DNA of 59,847 bases from a virus (Duplodnaviria; Caudoviricetes), in IMG/VR virus record IMGVR_UViG_3300045117_000178, positions 1-59,847 of that record; one strand, given 5' to 3'. This document shows positions 8,682-17,549 of this stretch, piece by piece. Both the position numbers and the translations under genes were made by a program. Within the stretch, counting starts at the first letter, position 1. Every line of letters begins with the position of its first letter. Under the pieces are notes generated by a model, which was not told where the DNA came from, ran no database searches, and worked only from the letters and a program-made list of their open reading frames with translations.

Positions 8682-9128
8682 CTAGGCTTTTCGCCTTCTT
8701 GGTGAGGCAGACAAGGCATCTGCCACATCCCATCCATTGTTCAAACGATACTTGATCGTATCGCTGTTCAATCCAGTTTCGATCTCCCATTGTTTCAGGT
8801 TTTGCGTCTTGCCAAAGGCTGTTATCAGCACGCAGTTGCTCTTGTTGTTATTTTGATCCTTCATAGTGGCCCACACGCAATTGTCTGGATCATAATCTCC
8901 GTCTGTGTCCTTTCTCTCCAGCGTGTGCGCCAAGGAAGGTTTCGTACCCATGTCGGAAAGGAAGTTCTCGAATTTCTCCCAACGTGAGCAGATCTTAATG
9001 CCCCTGCCACCATAGCGATCGTAGGACTTGTGCTTCTTGTAAAGACATCGCCTGCGCATTGAACGCCAGGCCTCATACTCACTTGAAGTCCTGCCGGGTC
9101 TGCGGTGGCCATGCCGTAGCCCACTCAT
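8682..9128 (-). CDS. HNH homing endonuclease
   Basis: W.SMRRRC...YGGRGIKIC..W..FENF..DMG...TLERKD...Y..DNCVWAT; lower GC than neighbours. Confidence 0.85.
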   Translation of the reverse strand: MSGLRHGHRRPGRTSSEYEAWRSMRRRCLYKKHKSYDRYGGRGIKICSRWEKFENFLSDMGTKPSLAHTLERKDTDGDYDPDNCVWATMKDQNNNKSNCVLITAFGKTQNLKQWEIETGLNSDTIKYRLNNGWDVADALSASPRRRKA

Positions 9129-9376
9129 TCCCGTCTCCAAATGACGTTGGTGTAGTCCTCCCCATCCCTTCCTCTGGCCTCGACGATCTCCACGCGGCTG
9201 ATGATGCGGAAGGGCAACATCAACACCGCTTCGCTCACGTTGCGAATGACGATCCTTTCGGTTGGGTGCTCCAGATTGGCCATCAGCTCCTGCACGTGGA
9301 AGTCCAACATGTCCGGGAACTCGTAGATAGCGTCCAGCGTGGTCACGACCCGCAGTGGGTGCAGCTCGCCCATCAC
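9125..9376 (-). CDS. Hypothetical protein
   Basis: Start and stop both overlap neighbours. Confidence 0.6.
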   Translation of the reverse strand: MMGELHPLRVVTTLDAIYEFPDMLDFHVQELMANLEHPTERIVIRNVSEAVLMLPFRIISRVEIVEARGRDGEDYTNVIWRRE

Positions 9377-9576
9377 GCCCACCCCCGGTCTTCTGCGAGC
9401 CACTCGGGGATAACGAGCGTGCCGGAGTCGCCCTTCTTCGAGGACGCGGTGATCTCAGAATCCTCATCGATCTGCGACAACGGAACGAACCCTTCCTCGC
9501 CCTCGTAGTCCACGATCATCGACTCGTTCAGGACCTTCATGACTGTGACGTCACCGCTCCACATCTTCCTAGCCAT
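9373..9576 (-). CDS. Small beta-rich hypothetical protein
   Basis: ATG 9576 after GGAG; FVPLSQI...IPEWLA motif seen in small phage proteins. Confidence 0.65.
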   Translation of the reverse strand: MARKMWSGDVTVMKVLNESMIVDYEGEEGFVPLSQIDEDSEITASSKKGDSGTLVIPEWLAEDRGWA

Positions 9577-10042
9577 CTTGATCTCCGTTCTTCCACCGCT
9601 TGCCATCACAGGAGGCAGAGCCCCAGAAGTAGCCACGCACCCACCAGAGGGCGTCGATGAGGCCGACTGCCGCCAGAGGCAAGAAGTAGATGCTGAAGAA
9701 TGCAGAGGCCAGCCCCGCCCCCGTGGCAAGGGACATGCCCCAGACGAAAGGTGAGATGTGGATGATCGTGTGGGGTGGCCATGCCCGGACTGGGGCCAGG
9801 TACTGGCAGCGAGCGAAGTACCAGCGCGCGTCAGGCCATGGCTTCTTCCACAGCTCCCAAGGCCTCCACCACCTGTACTCGACCTCACCGTTGGCACCGA
9901 CGTGCGCCCAGTGGGCTAGTGGGTAGAGCCCAAGGGGCTTGCACCCCTTGAACGCTGCACAGATCAGGTGGCTGGCTTCGTGCATGACGTTCTCGAACAG
10001 CCACGCAATAGGTACGATGATCGCAAGCCATACCCAAGTCAT
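9569..10042 (-). CDS. Membrane zinc-metallopeptidase-like protein
   Basis: TM helix then HEASH (HExxH); further hydrophobic helices. Confidence 0.6.
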   Translation of the reverse strand: MTWVWLAIIVPIAWLFENVMHEASHLICAAFKGCKPLGLYPLAHWAHVGANGEVEYRWWRPWELWKKPWPDARWYFARCQYLAPVRAWPPHTIIHISPFVWGMSLATGAGLASAFFSIYFLPLAAVGLIDALWWVRGYFWGSASCDGKRWKNGDQDG

Positions 10043-10051
10043 GATGATCTC

Positions 10052-10273
10052 CTATGTGAGTCCATCCACTGTGGGATCGTAGCCGTGCTCATCAGCGTCT
10101 GGATCGGGCTCATCGAACTCGTAGTCCAGGCGCTGGCATTCTTGGCTCATGCCCTCAACACCCTGGTAGTCCGGGCATCCGGCCTCCTGGCATTCCTTGC
10201 AGAACTTGCCGGGTTCCCCTATCACGATCTCGAAGCAGTCCCTGCAGGCGCAGTGTCTATAGCCGGACGCCAT
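10052..10273 (-). CDS. Cys-rich small protein
   Basis: CACRDC...CKEC...C...C. Confidence 0.6.
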   Translation of the reverse strand: MASGYRHCACRDCFEIVIGEPGKFCKECQEAGCPDYQGVEGMSQECQRLDYEFDEPDPDADEHGYDPTVDGLT

Positions 10274-10448
10274 CGAGCAGCTCCGTCACCAGCTTCTGGG
10301 CGGCGTCGTAGTCCTTGTAGCCTACGTGGCTTCTGCCCGACTCCAAGTCCTTGGCATAGCTGATCAGCTTGCTGATCTCTCCCCACGGTAGGCCGGCGGT
10401 CATCAGCGATGACACGAAGGCGATGAGTCGTTTCTCGAGCTCGCTCAT
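10257..10448 (-). CDS. Hypothetical protein
   Basis: 63 aa, coupled to neighbours. Confidence 0.55.
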   Translation of the reverse strand: MSELEKRLIAFVSSLMTAGLPWGEISKLISYAKDLESGRSHVGYKDYDAAQKLVTELLDGVRL

Positions 10449-10612
10449 TTCTTGCTCTTGCTCTCTGCCGTCAGCTTCTCGTTGAGTTGGGGGATCGTCA
10501 TGTCCCAGACGTCGCCATCCTTGGTCGTGACGTAGGCGATTCCAGCTTCTTCGCGGATCTTACACCCGCGCTCGACTTTCAGGAACGTGTAGATGCTCTT
10601 CTTCAGGTCCAT
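10445..10612 (-). CDS. Small hypothetical protein (55 aa, not in ORF track)
   Basis: MDLKKSIYTFLK...; TGATG and ATGA couplings at its ends. Confidence 0.55.
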   Translation of the reverse strand: MDLKKSIYTFLKVERGCKIREEAGIAYVTTKDGDVWDMTIPQLNEKLTAESKSKK

Positions 10613-11067
10613 CAGTCGTCCTCTCTCAGACCGATGGCCACCGCCACCATCGTCTTGGTCTTCTTCTTGGCGGGACGGTAGTAGCAGGTGCCAGTGACCG
10701 GCTCGATGAGGATGGGTCTTGGTGCCTCCTGTAGAAGCGACCAGTCGATACCCACCGGGTGGATGACAGGGAGCCGATCATCTGGTAGCTGCTCTAACGC
10801 CTCGATCAGCTCCCGGACGGTGAAATAGGACGTGACCATCTGTGCCCGATCCTTCGGCTTCTTCTTCCAGTCCCTGTCCAAGATTAGGGCTTCGTCGTTG
10901 TGCCAACCGATGGGCATGGACTTATGTCCGTACCACCGCACTTTCCACGAATGCTCGATCCACCCCAAGACCCGTCCGCGACAGCCCTTCCGGATTTGAC
11001 ACCGACTCTCAGCCCACATTTCCTTGGCGGCCCGTACCTCACTTCCCTTTTTGATCTTTGACTTCAC
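10612..11067 (-). CDS. Hypothetical protein
   Basis: 151 aa, AAGGAGG RBS. Confidence 0.6.
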   Translation of the reverse strand: MKSKIKKGSEVRAAKEMWAESRCQIRKGCRGRVLGWIEHSWKVRWYGHKSMPIGWHNDEALILDRDWKKKPKDRAQMVTSYFTVRELIEALEQLPDDRLPVIHPVGIDWSLLQEAPRPILIEPVTGTCYYRPAKKKTKTMVAVAIGLREDD

Positions 11068-11680
11068 TGGACCTCCTTTCCAGTTCCTTCTTCACTGGTG
11101 CGTAGCACCGGCGATGGACCGGACTCGGCCCGAACTCAGTGAGGGCCTTCTTGTGATCGGCCGTCGGATAGCCGTTGTGCTTGGAGAACCCATACTGAGG
11201 GTACTGCTCATGAAGGGCCTCCATCACCGACGTTTGACAGTACTTGGCGACGATCGAGGCTGCGCTGACTTCTGGGATCGTCTCGTCTGCTTTCACCACG
11301 TACTTGAAACAGTCCGCTCCAGGTACAAGGCGGTTGCCGTCGACGGTGGCGATCGGTTGAGTAGTCATCTTCTGCGTCACTACATTCCACATAGAGGGGC
11401 ATAGCTTGGTGATCTCCGCAGCGACCTGCTTCATGATCTCTGTCCAGACGTCCCAGATGTTTCCGACCTCGTCGATGCGCGCATGAGAACCGAAGTGGAT
11501 GGACTTCCAGCAGCACGCCAGGTAGATCTTTTCCACCATCACTTCGCGCTGCTCGGCTGTCATCTTCTTGCTGTCTCGCACACCCTCGGGGATCTTGTAG
11601 ACGTCGTTGAATCCGACGGCCGCAATGACCATTGGACCCGCCAGCGTGCCGATGCCGGCTTCATCAACCCCGATGATCAT
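11039..11680 (-). CDS. rnhB: Ribonuclease HII
   Basis: IIGVDEAG.G.LAGP, RDSKK, VDGN, KAD...VSAASIVAK, HNGYPT..H, G.SPVHR. Confidence 0.93.
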   Translation of the reverse strand: MIIGVDEAGIGTLAGPMVIAAVGFNDVYKIPEGVRDSKKMTAEQREVMVEKIYLACCWKSIHFGSHARIDEVGNIWDVWTEIMKQVAAEITKLCPSMWNVVTQKMTTQPIATVDGNRLVPGADCFKYVVKADETIPEVSAASIVAKYCQTSVMEALHEQYPQYGFSKHNGYPTADHKKALTEFGPSPVHRRCYAPVKKELERRSSEVKDQKGK

Positions 11681-12294
11681 CAGACCTTCTCGTGCGCGTT
11701 GTCCGGGTTCTGAACCCAATCCCGCTGAGTGACCTTCTGCGCGGTCTGGACCACGAGCGCGTTGAACTCGACGTCGTTGTACTCGCAGAAGCGGTAGAGC
11801 ATCCGCCAGATGTGGCAGAGGCACCACTGCATCTTCTCCGGGTGGTTCTCGCTCATGCGGATCTGTTGATCCCACTTGAGCACGGCGTGGGCTAGCCTGC
11901 CGATGACGATGGCCAGGCCCTCCATCAGGTGGTCTGCCGCCGGGCAGTGCTGATCGTTCTCGTTGTCCAGGTATGTCTGCTCGAAGACCGTGGGGATGGT
12001 GTCGTAGTTGACGATCTCCGGCACATTGAAGCCGCAGTTGAAGCAGAGATCCAGGCTGTAGACCATCATGTCAGCCACGGCGTCCATGATCTCTTTCTTG
12101 TAGTTGGTGCCCCCGGCGTAGGTGTCCATGAGTTCGCCGTACTCCTCGACGATGCCCATGACTTGGCGCAGGCGCTGGCGGCCCTCGATGTCGAGTTTGG
12201 AGCCAGGATCTGGCTTGTGGAACTGTTTGGCCCAGTTGCCGATGCGGTTCTTCCAGTCCTCGAGCTCACCCACGTTGAACAACAAACCGGACAT
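11680..12294 (-). CDS. MazG-like nucleotide pyrophosphohydrolase
   Basis: GIVEEYGEL...IMDAVAD all-alpha NTP-PPase motif plus a degenerate second repeat. Confidence 0.7.
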   Translation of the reverse strand: MSGLLFNVGELEDWKNRIGNWAKQFHKPDPGSKLDIEGRQRLRQVMGIVEEYGELMDTYAGGTNYKKEIMDAVADMMVYSLDLCFNCGFNVPEIVNYDTIPTVFEQTYLDNENDQHCPAADHLMEGLAIVIGRLAHAVLKWDQQIRMSENHPEKMQWCLCHIWRMLYRFCEYNDVEFNALVVQTAQKVTQRDWVQNPDNAHEKV

Positions 12295-12316
12295 TTCGGT
12301 CTCCTTCCAAGCAGTG

Positions 12317-12343
12317 AAAGTGTTGATGATCTCTCGTTATAAG
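12317..12343 (+). promoter_or_regulatory. ATAAG-class promoter motif
   Basis: AAA-N19-ATAAG. Confidence 0.65.
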
Positions 12344-12392
12344 AACTTTGTCGATCGATCGGGCTTTTACCACACCCACAAGGAGATCACCA

Positions 12393-12758
12393 ATGGCAAA
12401 GCACGTAGTCGTCGGAGAGGTCATCGGTTACGAGGTCAAGTTCCTCCCCTACCGCGAGGAGGAGATCAAGAGCCCCAAGACGGGCAAGGTCGTGGGCACC
12501 AGCTCGAAGTACCAGACCATCAGGTCGTTCGTCCACCTCCGCGTCCTGGACGGTGAGCGCCAGGTGGACATCGAGGTCAACACCGACCAGTACAGCGAGG
12601 GCGAGCCCTCTCGCGAGGACAACTGGGAGAGCACCAAGAATATGAGGCTCAAGACCTTCAAGCGCCTGGTGAAAGAGCTGCCCATGGGCAGCGAGGTCGA
12701 GCTCGAGCGCAAGACCGGCCGGGGTGACCGCCCCTACTACATCTTCCCCGAGAAGTAG
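12393..12758 (+). CDS. Hypothetical protein, possible OB fold
   Basis: ATG 12393 after AAGGAG; beta-rich. Confidence 0.75.
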   Translation: MAKHVVVGEVIGYEVKFLPYREEEIKSPKTGKVVGTSSKYQTIRSFVHLRVLDGERQVDIEVNTDQYSEGEPSREDNWESTKNMRLKTFKRLVKELPMGSEVELERKTGRGDRPYYIFPEK

Positions 12759-12779
12759 GAGCGGGTCACCCCGCAGGGG

Positions 12780-12815
12780 ACCACCCGCGCTGCCGCGCGG
12801 GTGGTTCTCTTAGCT
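12780..12815 (+). terminator. Hairpin + TTAGCT terminator
   Basis: ACCACCCGCGC-TGCC-GCGCGGGTGGT then TCTCTTAGCT. Confidence 0.75.
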
Positions 12816-13286
12816 TGAATCACGATTCGCGAAGACTTCGGGTCTGAACTTCTTGATCAGGAACTCGTAGAGCTTGGTCACCTTCATGGTGTGGTGTGGG
12901 TTCTTCACCTTGTAGCCCCACTTGAGATGAGCCCACCATTGATGATCTGTGTGCCCCTCCCTCTTGCAGTAGGCCCGCCACATGTCGGCTAGGCGGACCC
13001 ATTCCCGGATGTTGGTCCGGGGCACGAATAGCTCCTCTTCGCGGCCAAGGAATCGAGCTGACCCCCTGGCCGCGACGTGGACTTGCGTGAGGCCGTAGTC
13101 GTTGGTCTTGCTCTTGGTGCGCTTGTTCCAGCTTCGCGCGGTCTCGACGTGGATGAAGCTCACTACCAGCAGTGGATCTACGTCCTTGCGGGCGGCTTCG
13201 GTTTTGATGATGCGCACGTACTTCTTCGCAGTCGTCTTTCCGATGTGTGGGGCAAGAAACAGGATCGCTGCTAGTAGATAATGCAT
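12810..13286 (-). CDS. Lytic transglycosylase (SLT domain), possible endolysin
   Basis: VDPLLVVSFIHVET (catalytic Glu), DYGLTQV, NI motif; hydrophobic N-terminus. Confidence 0.8.
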   Translation of the reverse strand: MHYLLAAILFLAPHIGKTTAKKYVRIIKTEAARKDVDPLLVVSFIHVETARSWNKRTKSKTNDYGLTQVHVAARGSARFLGREEELFVPRTNIREWVRLADMWRAYCKREGHTDHQWWAHLKWGYKVKNPHHTMKVTKLYEFLIKKFRPEVFANRDSS

Positions 13287-13295
13287 GTCGTACTC

Positions 13296-13574
13296 CTAGT
13301 TGGCGCTGACAGGGACCGGCGCGTTGGGGTCGTCGAGCAGGACCTCGAACCCCGCGTGCGCCAGATGGCGTCTCAGCTCCTCGTTCTTGCGAATGGCCTC
13401 ACCCAGCGACACCCAGAAGTAGTTCTGGAGCTGGGCCATGTCGCCGATGGTCATGCCCCTCTCGCGCTGCAGGCGAAGGCTGATGACGTGCTCTTTCCGC
13501 TCGCCGTAGATCGACAGCTGGAAGAAGTTCTGGGCCGCGATCCCGGGCTCAGACGTCCCCTCGCTATGCGACAT
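13296..13574 (-). CDS. Hypothetical protein
   Basis: AGGAGGT RBS; 92 aa. Confidence 0.7.
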   Translation of the reverse strand: MSHSEGTSEPGIAAQNFFQLSIYGERKEHVISLRLQRERGMTIGDMAQLQNYFWVSLGEAIRKNEELRRHLAHAGFEVLLDDPNAPVPVSAN

Positions 13575-13652
13575 CGTGGTACCTCCTGTTGGTTGTAGAT
13601 CACGCCCGCCGAGAACACGGCTAGAGATGGGCGCTATGTGGATGAGGAAGGT

Positions 13653-14255
13653 CTAGGCCTCGGCCTGCTTCTCCGCGACCGTCGGCGGCGGGGCCTTGCG
13701 CTGGAAGGTCTTCGGCGCGTTGTTGGCCTTGGCCTTGGTATCGGTCTTGGGCTTGGCCTCGGTCTTGGGCTTGGGAGCCTCCTTCTTGGTCTCCTTCTTC
13801 GGGGCCGGCTTCGCCTTCGCCGCGGGCTTGGCCGCGGGCTTGGCCTTCGCCTTCGCCTTCGGCTTGGCCTTTCCCTTCTTGCCGGCGCGCTCGAGCGCCT
13901 TCTCCCACTGGCCCTTGCGCTTCTCCCCGTCCTCCTTGGCCCCGAGGGTGGCCGAGCCGCGTTCGTACACGCCCTCGAACTCGGTCTCGCCATCGTTGAG
14001 GATCTTGCGGCCGCGCTCGGCGATGCGGTACTGGCCACGGCTGTCGACGCCGCCCATCTCCACGAGCTCCTCCCGCACCGGCTTGCGGAAGGCGTTGCGG
14101 ACGGCCCGGATCTCCTCGGTGGTGACGTTCTCGGCCTTCTTGCGGAAGACCGAGGCCGCGATGTCACGCGCCTTCATCCAGTTCCGAGCGCCCTTGCACT
14201 CGGGGTCCAGGGCCTGGAGCATCTTCTGCTCCGACTTGCTCAGCTTCACGATCAT
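13653..14255 (-). CDS. Winged-helix protein with histone H1-like K/A/P tail
   Basis: LSKSEQKMLQAL...YRIAERG wHTH pattern; KAKPKAKAKAKPAAKPAAK tail. Confidence 0.7.
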   Translation of the reverse strand: MIVKLSKSEQKMLQALDPECKGARNWMKARDIAASVFRKKAENVTTEEIRAVRNAFRKPVREELVEMGGVDSRGQYRIAERGRKILNDGETEFEGVYERGSATLGAKEDGEKRKGQWEKALERAGKKGKAKPKAKAKAKPAAKPAAKAKPAPKKETKKEAPKPKTEAKPKTDTKAKANNAPKTFQRKAPPPTVAEKQAEA

Positions 14256-14277
14256 GTCTTTCCTCCGCGTTGGAAGA

Positions 14278-14299
14278 TCAGTGAATCATCGATCACTGA
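14278..14299. promoter_or_regulatory. Inverted repeat, possible operator
   Basis: TCAGTGA-N8-TCACTGA between divergent genes. Confidence 0.4.
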
Positions 14300-14312
14300 C
14301 CCAGTCAACCCC

Positions 14313-14339
14313 AAAAATGATTCGGGGGTGTGGTATAAG
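14313..14339 (+). promoter_or_regulatory. ATAAG-class promoter motif
   Basis: AAAAA-N17-ATAAG. Confidence 0.7.
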
Positions 14340-14367
14340 CTACCCAATCAACCGACGAGGGCAAATT

Positions 14368-14766
14368 ATGAATGATCAAGATCTCTTAGCGAGGCTGAAG
14401 CAGATAGCAGAAGCCGAAGACGCAGAGCGTCTGGCCGAGAAGCAGGGCCTCGCGAATCTTGCGGTCGTGGTTCAATCTCAGATCTCCGCACTTGTGAGCG
14501 TGCTTCGATCAAAGGATATCCTCACAGAGGAGGATGTCAAGGCCTGGGAACACCAGGCAGAGGTCGGCCAGCAGTTTCTGAGAGTGCTGATGGAGTCCAA
14601 TGCCGAGCGTGAGAACGCCTCAACCGCACAAGAGGCCTACGACGCGACAAAGAAAGGGTTGATGGCCGCTCGAGATCTTGCCGCCATGATCAGCAAGCGC
14701 GCAGCAAACGATATCGACGACAAGCTCAGGCAACTCGATGAGGCGTGGAAGGAGAACAACAAGTGA
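14368..14766 (+). CDS. Helical hypothetical protein
   Basis: Start reassigned to ATG 14368 (GAGG RBS). Confidence 0.75.
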   Translation: MNDQDLLARLKQIAEAEDAERLAEKQGLANLAVVVQSQISALVSVLRSKDILTEEDVKAWEHQAEVGQQFLRVLMESNAERENASTAQEAYDATKKGLMAARDLAAMISKRAANDIDDKLRQLDEAWKENNK

Positions 14767-15122
14767 TCCTCGTCGAGGAGTATGAGTGCTTCATCGAAGG
14801 CGCACGTCTCGACTGGCTGCATCCGAGTCACGGACGGTGGCCTGACCTGGCTGCGAGGTTCTTGCGTGACAAAGAGGACAAGGAGGGATTCCTGGTAGCG
14901 GTCTGGTGGGATGGTCGAGCCTACAGTGTCATCGTTGAGGGCCCGGAGGAACGTCACTCGATCATACAGACCTACCGGTGGGTTCCGTCGAACAGGGACC
15001 GAACTGTGTGGTGGTGCCGATTGTACCAACACCACGGTGCCGAGCTCGACACCAGCAAGGACGCAGCCATCCGGATTCGACAGATCGCCAACGCCAGCTG
15101 TGAGCTGTTCATGGACTACTGA
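14763..15122 (+). CDS. Hypothetical protein
   Basis: GTGA coupling, AAGGAG RBS. Confidence 0.7.
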   Translation: MILVEEYECFIEGARLDWLHPSHGRWPDLAARFLRDKEDKEGFLVAVWWDGRAYSVIVEGPEERHSIIQTYRWVPSNRDRTVWWCRLYQHHGAELDTSKDAAIRIRQIANASCELFMDY

Positions 15123-15167
15123 CGGCGCGTCTGCACCAAGATCTCGATCTTACCTATGCACGCGCGT

Positions 15168-15206
15168 GCGATCTCCAGCTGATGTTGGAGATCGTACATC
15201 TTAGCT
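15168..15206 (+). terminator. Hairpin + TTAGCT terminator
   Basis: GCGATCTCCAGC-TGAT-GTTGGAGATCGT then ACATCTTAGCT. Confidence 0.7.
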
Positions 15207-15249
15207 TCGTCGCGCTGGAGGTCAGTGACCTCGTGGTTGTACGCGCTAA

Positions 15250-15720
15250 TCACCTTGCGGACGCGTGCAACGAGCTCATCTCCGGAAATGGGCTTCTCGT
15301 GACCTGCTTGTGGTCGAGCACGACGTACTCTTCGATCTCTGCGAGGTTTGCTATCCGCAGTTCCTTCTTCCCCTTGAACTCCTCCGCGTTCCACACCTCC
15401 GGGCACCCGCCCGTCTGCCGGCAGTGATCCGGTATCAGATACCCCGATGTGTGCATCCACCCCGTCAGGCCGTCGTTCGATGCCCAGAACTCCAGGACGC
15501 TCTTCAGCGGGGCAAGGAGCACGAATCTCCACTCCTTGAAAGGGACACCATGGATCGCTGGCCCCGGAGGGCTCATCCTGTAAGACTTCTTCCACTGGCT
15601 GATCGACTGCTCCCACCACTCCCTCGTCGCCTGGCGATCTTCGTTGTATTGCACACATGTGATCCGCTCTCCAGACGCCGGCAGGACCTGGAAGGACCTC
15701 CTCCTGATCCCGTGGCTCAC
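15250..15720 (-). CDS. Hypothetical protein
   Basis: 156 aa, GTGA-coupled to tmk. Confidence 0.6.
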   Translation of the reverse strand: MSHGIRRRSFQVLPASGERITCVQYNEDRQATREWWEQSISQWKKSYRMSPPGPAIHGVPFKEWRFVLLAPLKSVLEFWASNDGLTGWMHTSGYLIPDHCRQTGGCPEVWNAEEFKGKKELRIANLAEIEEYVVLDHKQVTRSPFPEMSSLHASAR

Positions 15721-16385
15721 GGGTGCCTCTGACGGATGATTCGCAGCATGTCGGCCACGACATCAGCCGGCTGGGTATTGATCGTGCTGATGTGGTAGAT
15801 CTCCTCCGCCCCCACCGTCGGGATCACCTTCCCACCGGTCTCCATCGGCGCGTAGATGCCACCTGACTTGCCGATGAAGTAAGAAGGACGGCTGAAGCGC
15901 GAGTAGCGCTCGGCATACCTCTCCTGCAGCTCGTTGGAGTCGTACCGCTCCTTCACGTCTCTCTTCTTCATGCGCTCGGCTGCGATCTCCGGCGGACAGG
16001 TGAGGATGAAGACGTAGTTCGGTGCCAAGATCTTGCGGTGCATGAACTCGATGATCTCAGCCGGGTAGTTGTCCTGCTGGTAGACCCAGGTGCTGGGATA
16101 GTAGCGGTCGCACACGACCGTCTCCCCCTGCTCCAGGTGCGGGCGAATGAAGTTGCTGATGTGGTCCCAGCGGTCGGCAAGGAACAGGGGGAACATGCCG
16201 GCTTCGTCCGCGAGCTCCTCACCCTTGAGGATCTTGCGGATGTGGCGGCCAATGATGCCGTCGCTGGGCTCCTTGGTCCAGACCGCCTGGATGGCGGCCT
16301 CGTTCAGGACCTGGACCAGGCCCTTGGAAGCGGTGGTCGTACCGACACCATCCGCCCCATCGATCACGATGAACAGTGGGTCCAT
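15717..16385 (-). CDS. tmk: Thymidylate kinase
   Basis: FIVIDGADGVGTTT, TKEP, LFLADR..H, VVCDRY..ST.VYQ. Confidence 0.92.
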   Translation of the reverse strand: MDPLFIVIDGADGVGTTTASKGLVQVLNEAAIQAVWTKEPSDGIIGRHIRKILKGEELADEAGMFPLFLADRWDHISNFIRPHLEQGETVVCDRYYPSTWVYQQDNYPAEIIEFMHRKILAPNYVFILTCPPEIAAERMKKRDVKERYDSNELQERYAERYSRFSRPSYFIGKSGGIYAPMETGGKVIPTVGAEEIYHISTINTQPADVVADMLRIIRQRHP

Positions 16386-16400
16386 TGTTCTCCTCTAAGA

Positions 16401-16922
16401 TCAGAGACCGAGGTCTTGGGCCGACGGCCTCTTGAACGTGCTGGAAGGGAGAGGACTGGTGATGTCCTTGGCTCCCAACGGAGGGGTGACGACCTGTGTC
16501 TTCGCCGGGGCAGGGGCCGCCTGCCTGCCGGTCCCGGCAGTCGGTGGTGCAGCCGCTCGAGCGGACCCGGTTGCGGCCGCCATCTGCGACTGGGTGGCTG
16601 GGGCGCGCTGAACTTGTTGGGTGGCTGGGGCCGGTGCGTTGGCCCGATTGCGGGCAGCTATCATGCCTACCTGTGTTCTGGCCCCGCCGGCAGCCGCACC
16701 GGGCCCGAGAGTCGTACGGCTGATCTGCTGTGCGGCTTGAGCCATCGAGGACTGCCCCGCAGGGGCCGGGGCCGGAACCCCTGCCCCGCGGGACACTGGT
16801 GGCATCTTCGGCGCGGTGGCCGTTGAAGGTGGAGGTTTCGAAGGTGCTGATGGAGCCGGAACGCCGGTAACAGCGATCTTCTCCAACTCATCGAAGAATG
16901 CTGACAGGACTCTGATGTGCAT
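16401..16922 (-). CDS. Pro/Ala-rich protein with AFFDELEKIA tag (putative internal virion protein)
   Basis: N-terminal SAFFDELEKIA; rest low complexity. Confidence 0.7.
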   Translation of the reverse strand: MHIRVLSAFFDELEKIAVTGVPAPSAPSKPPPSTATAPKMPPVSRGAGVPAPAPAGQSSMAQAAQQISRTTLGPGAAAGGARTQVGMIAARNRANAPAPATQQVQRAPATQSQMAAATGSARAAAPPTAGTGRQAAPAPAKTQVVTPPLGAKDITSPLPSSTFKRPSAQDLGL

Positions 16923-16927
16923 GCCCG

Positions 16928-16957
16928 ATTCTAGCGCCTGCTAGTGGCTGGTGACAA
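16928..16957 (-). promoter_or_regulatory. sigma70-like promoter, leaderless
   Basis: TTGTCA-N18-TAGAAT-N5-ATG. Confidence 0.6.
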
Positions 16958-17300
16958 GCGCGATACTTGCGTGATCTTCATCGTCAGTCTGCCAAGGGAG
17001 CTCGATCTTGGCCTCGAATTTGTTGGCTCCCTCGCTCGACCAGGATCTGAGCTTGTCGCCGATGGGGCCTGAGAACTCGACTGTGAGCGCCCGCAATCTG
17101 ATGGTGTGGTCGCAGGCTTCGATGACCATGCGAAGGTGCTGGAGATCTTCGAACATCACGTGCAGGAGTCCGTCCCCGTCCACGATCCAATCGATGGCGT
17201 CAGGACGACCCGATCGGATGTGCGCCAAGAAGTTCTCCATGCGCGACCGCTGATCAGCGGTCATGGGCTCGAAGTGCAGCTCCCACGTGCTGACGACCAT
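16941..17300 (-). CDS. Hypothetical protein
   Basis: TGATG-coupled to histone gene. Confidence 0.7.
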   Translation of the reverse strand: MVVSTWELHFEPMTADQRSRMENFLAHIRSGRPDAIDWIVDGDGLLHVMFEDLQHLRMVIEACDHTIRLRALTVEFSGPIGDKLRSWSSEGANKFEAKIELPWQTDDEDHASIALVTSH

Positions 17301-17509
17301 CAGACGTCGTTGGGGCCGACGGTCTTGCCACCGCGGCCCTGGGCGCGGTCGACCGCGCGCTTGACCAGGATGCAGACCTGCTCGCTGAGCGCCTCCGGGA
17401 AGTCGCCCCCCATGCGGAAGCCTTCGCCCCCGATCTCCTGGACGTACTCCTTGACCTTGCTGGTGACGACCAGCATCGGGAGCTCCTTGACTACCTTCTT
17501 CTCTGGCAT
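17300..17509 (-). CDS. Bacterial histone-fold protein (Bd0055-like)
   Basis: LVVTSKVKEYV...DFPEALSEQV..LVKRAVDRA...GKTV...DV; 69 aa; GGAGG RBS. Confidence 0.85.
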   Translation of the reverse strand: MPEKKVVKELPMLVVTSKVKEYVQEIGGEGFRMGGDFPEALSEQVCILVKRAVDRAQGRGGKTVGPNDV

Positions 17510-17549
17510 CGTGATCCTCCTGTGAAGTTACGGTCTACCAACTGAGGAC

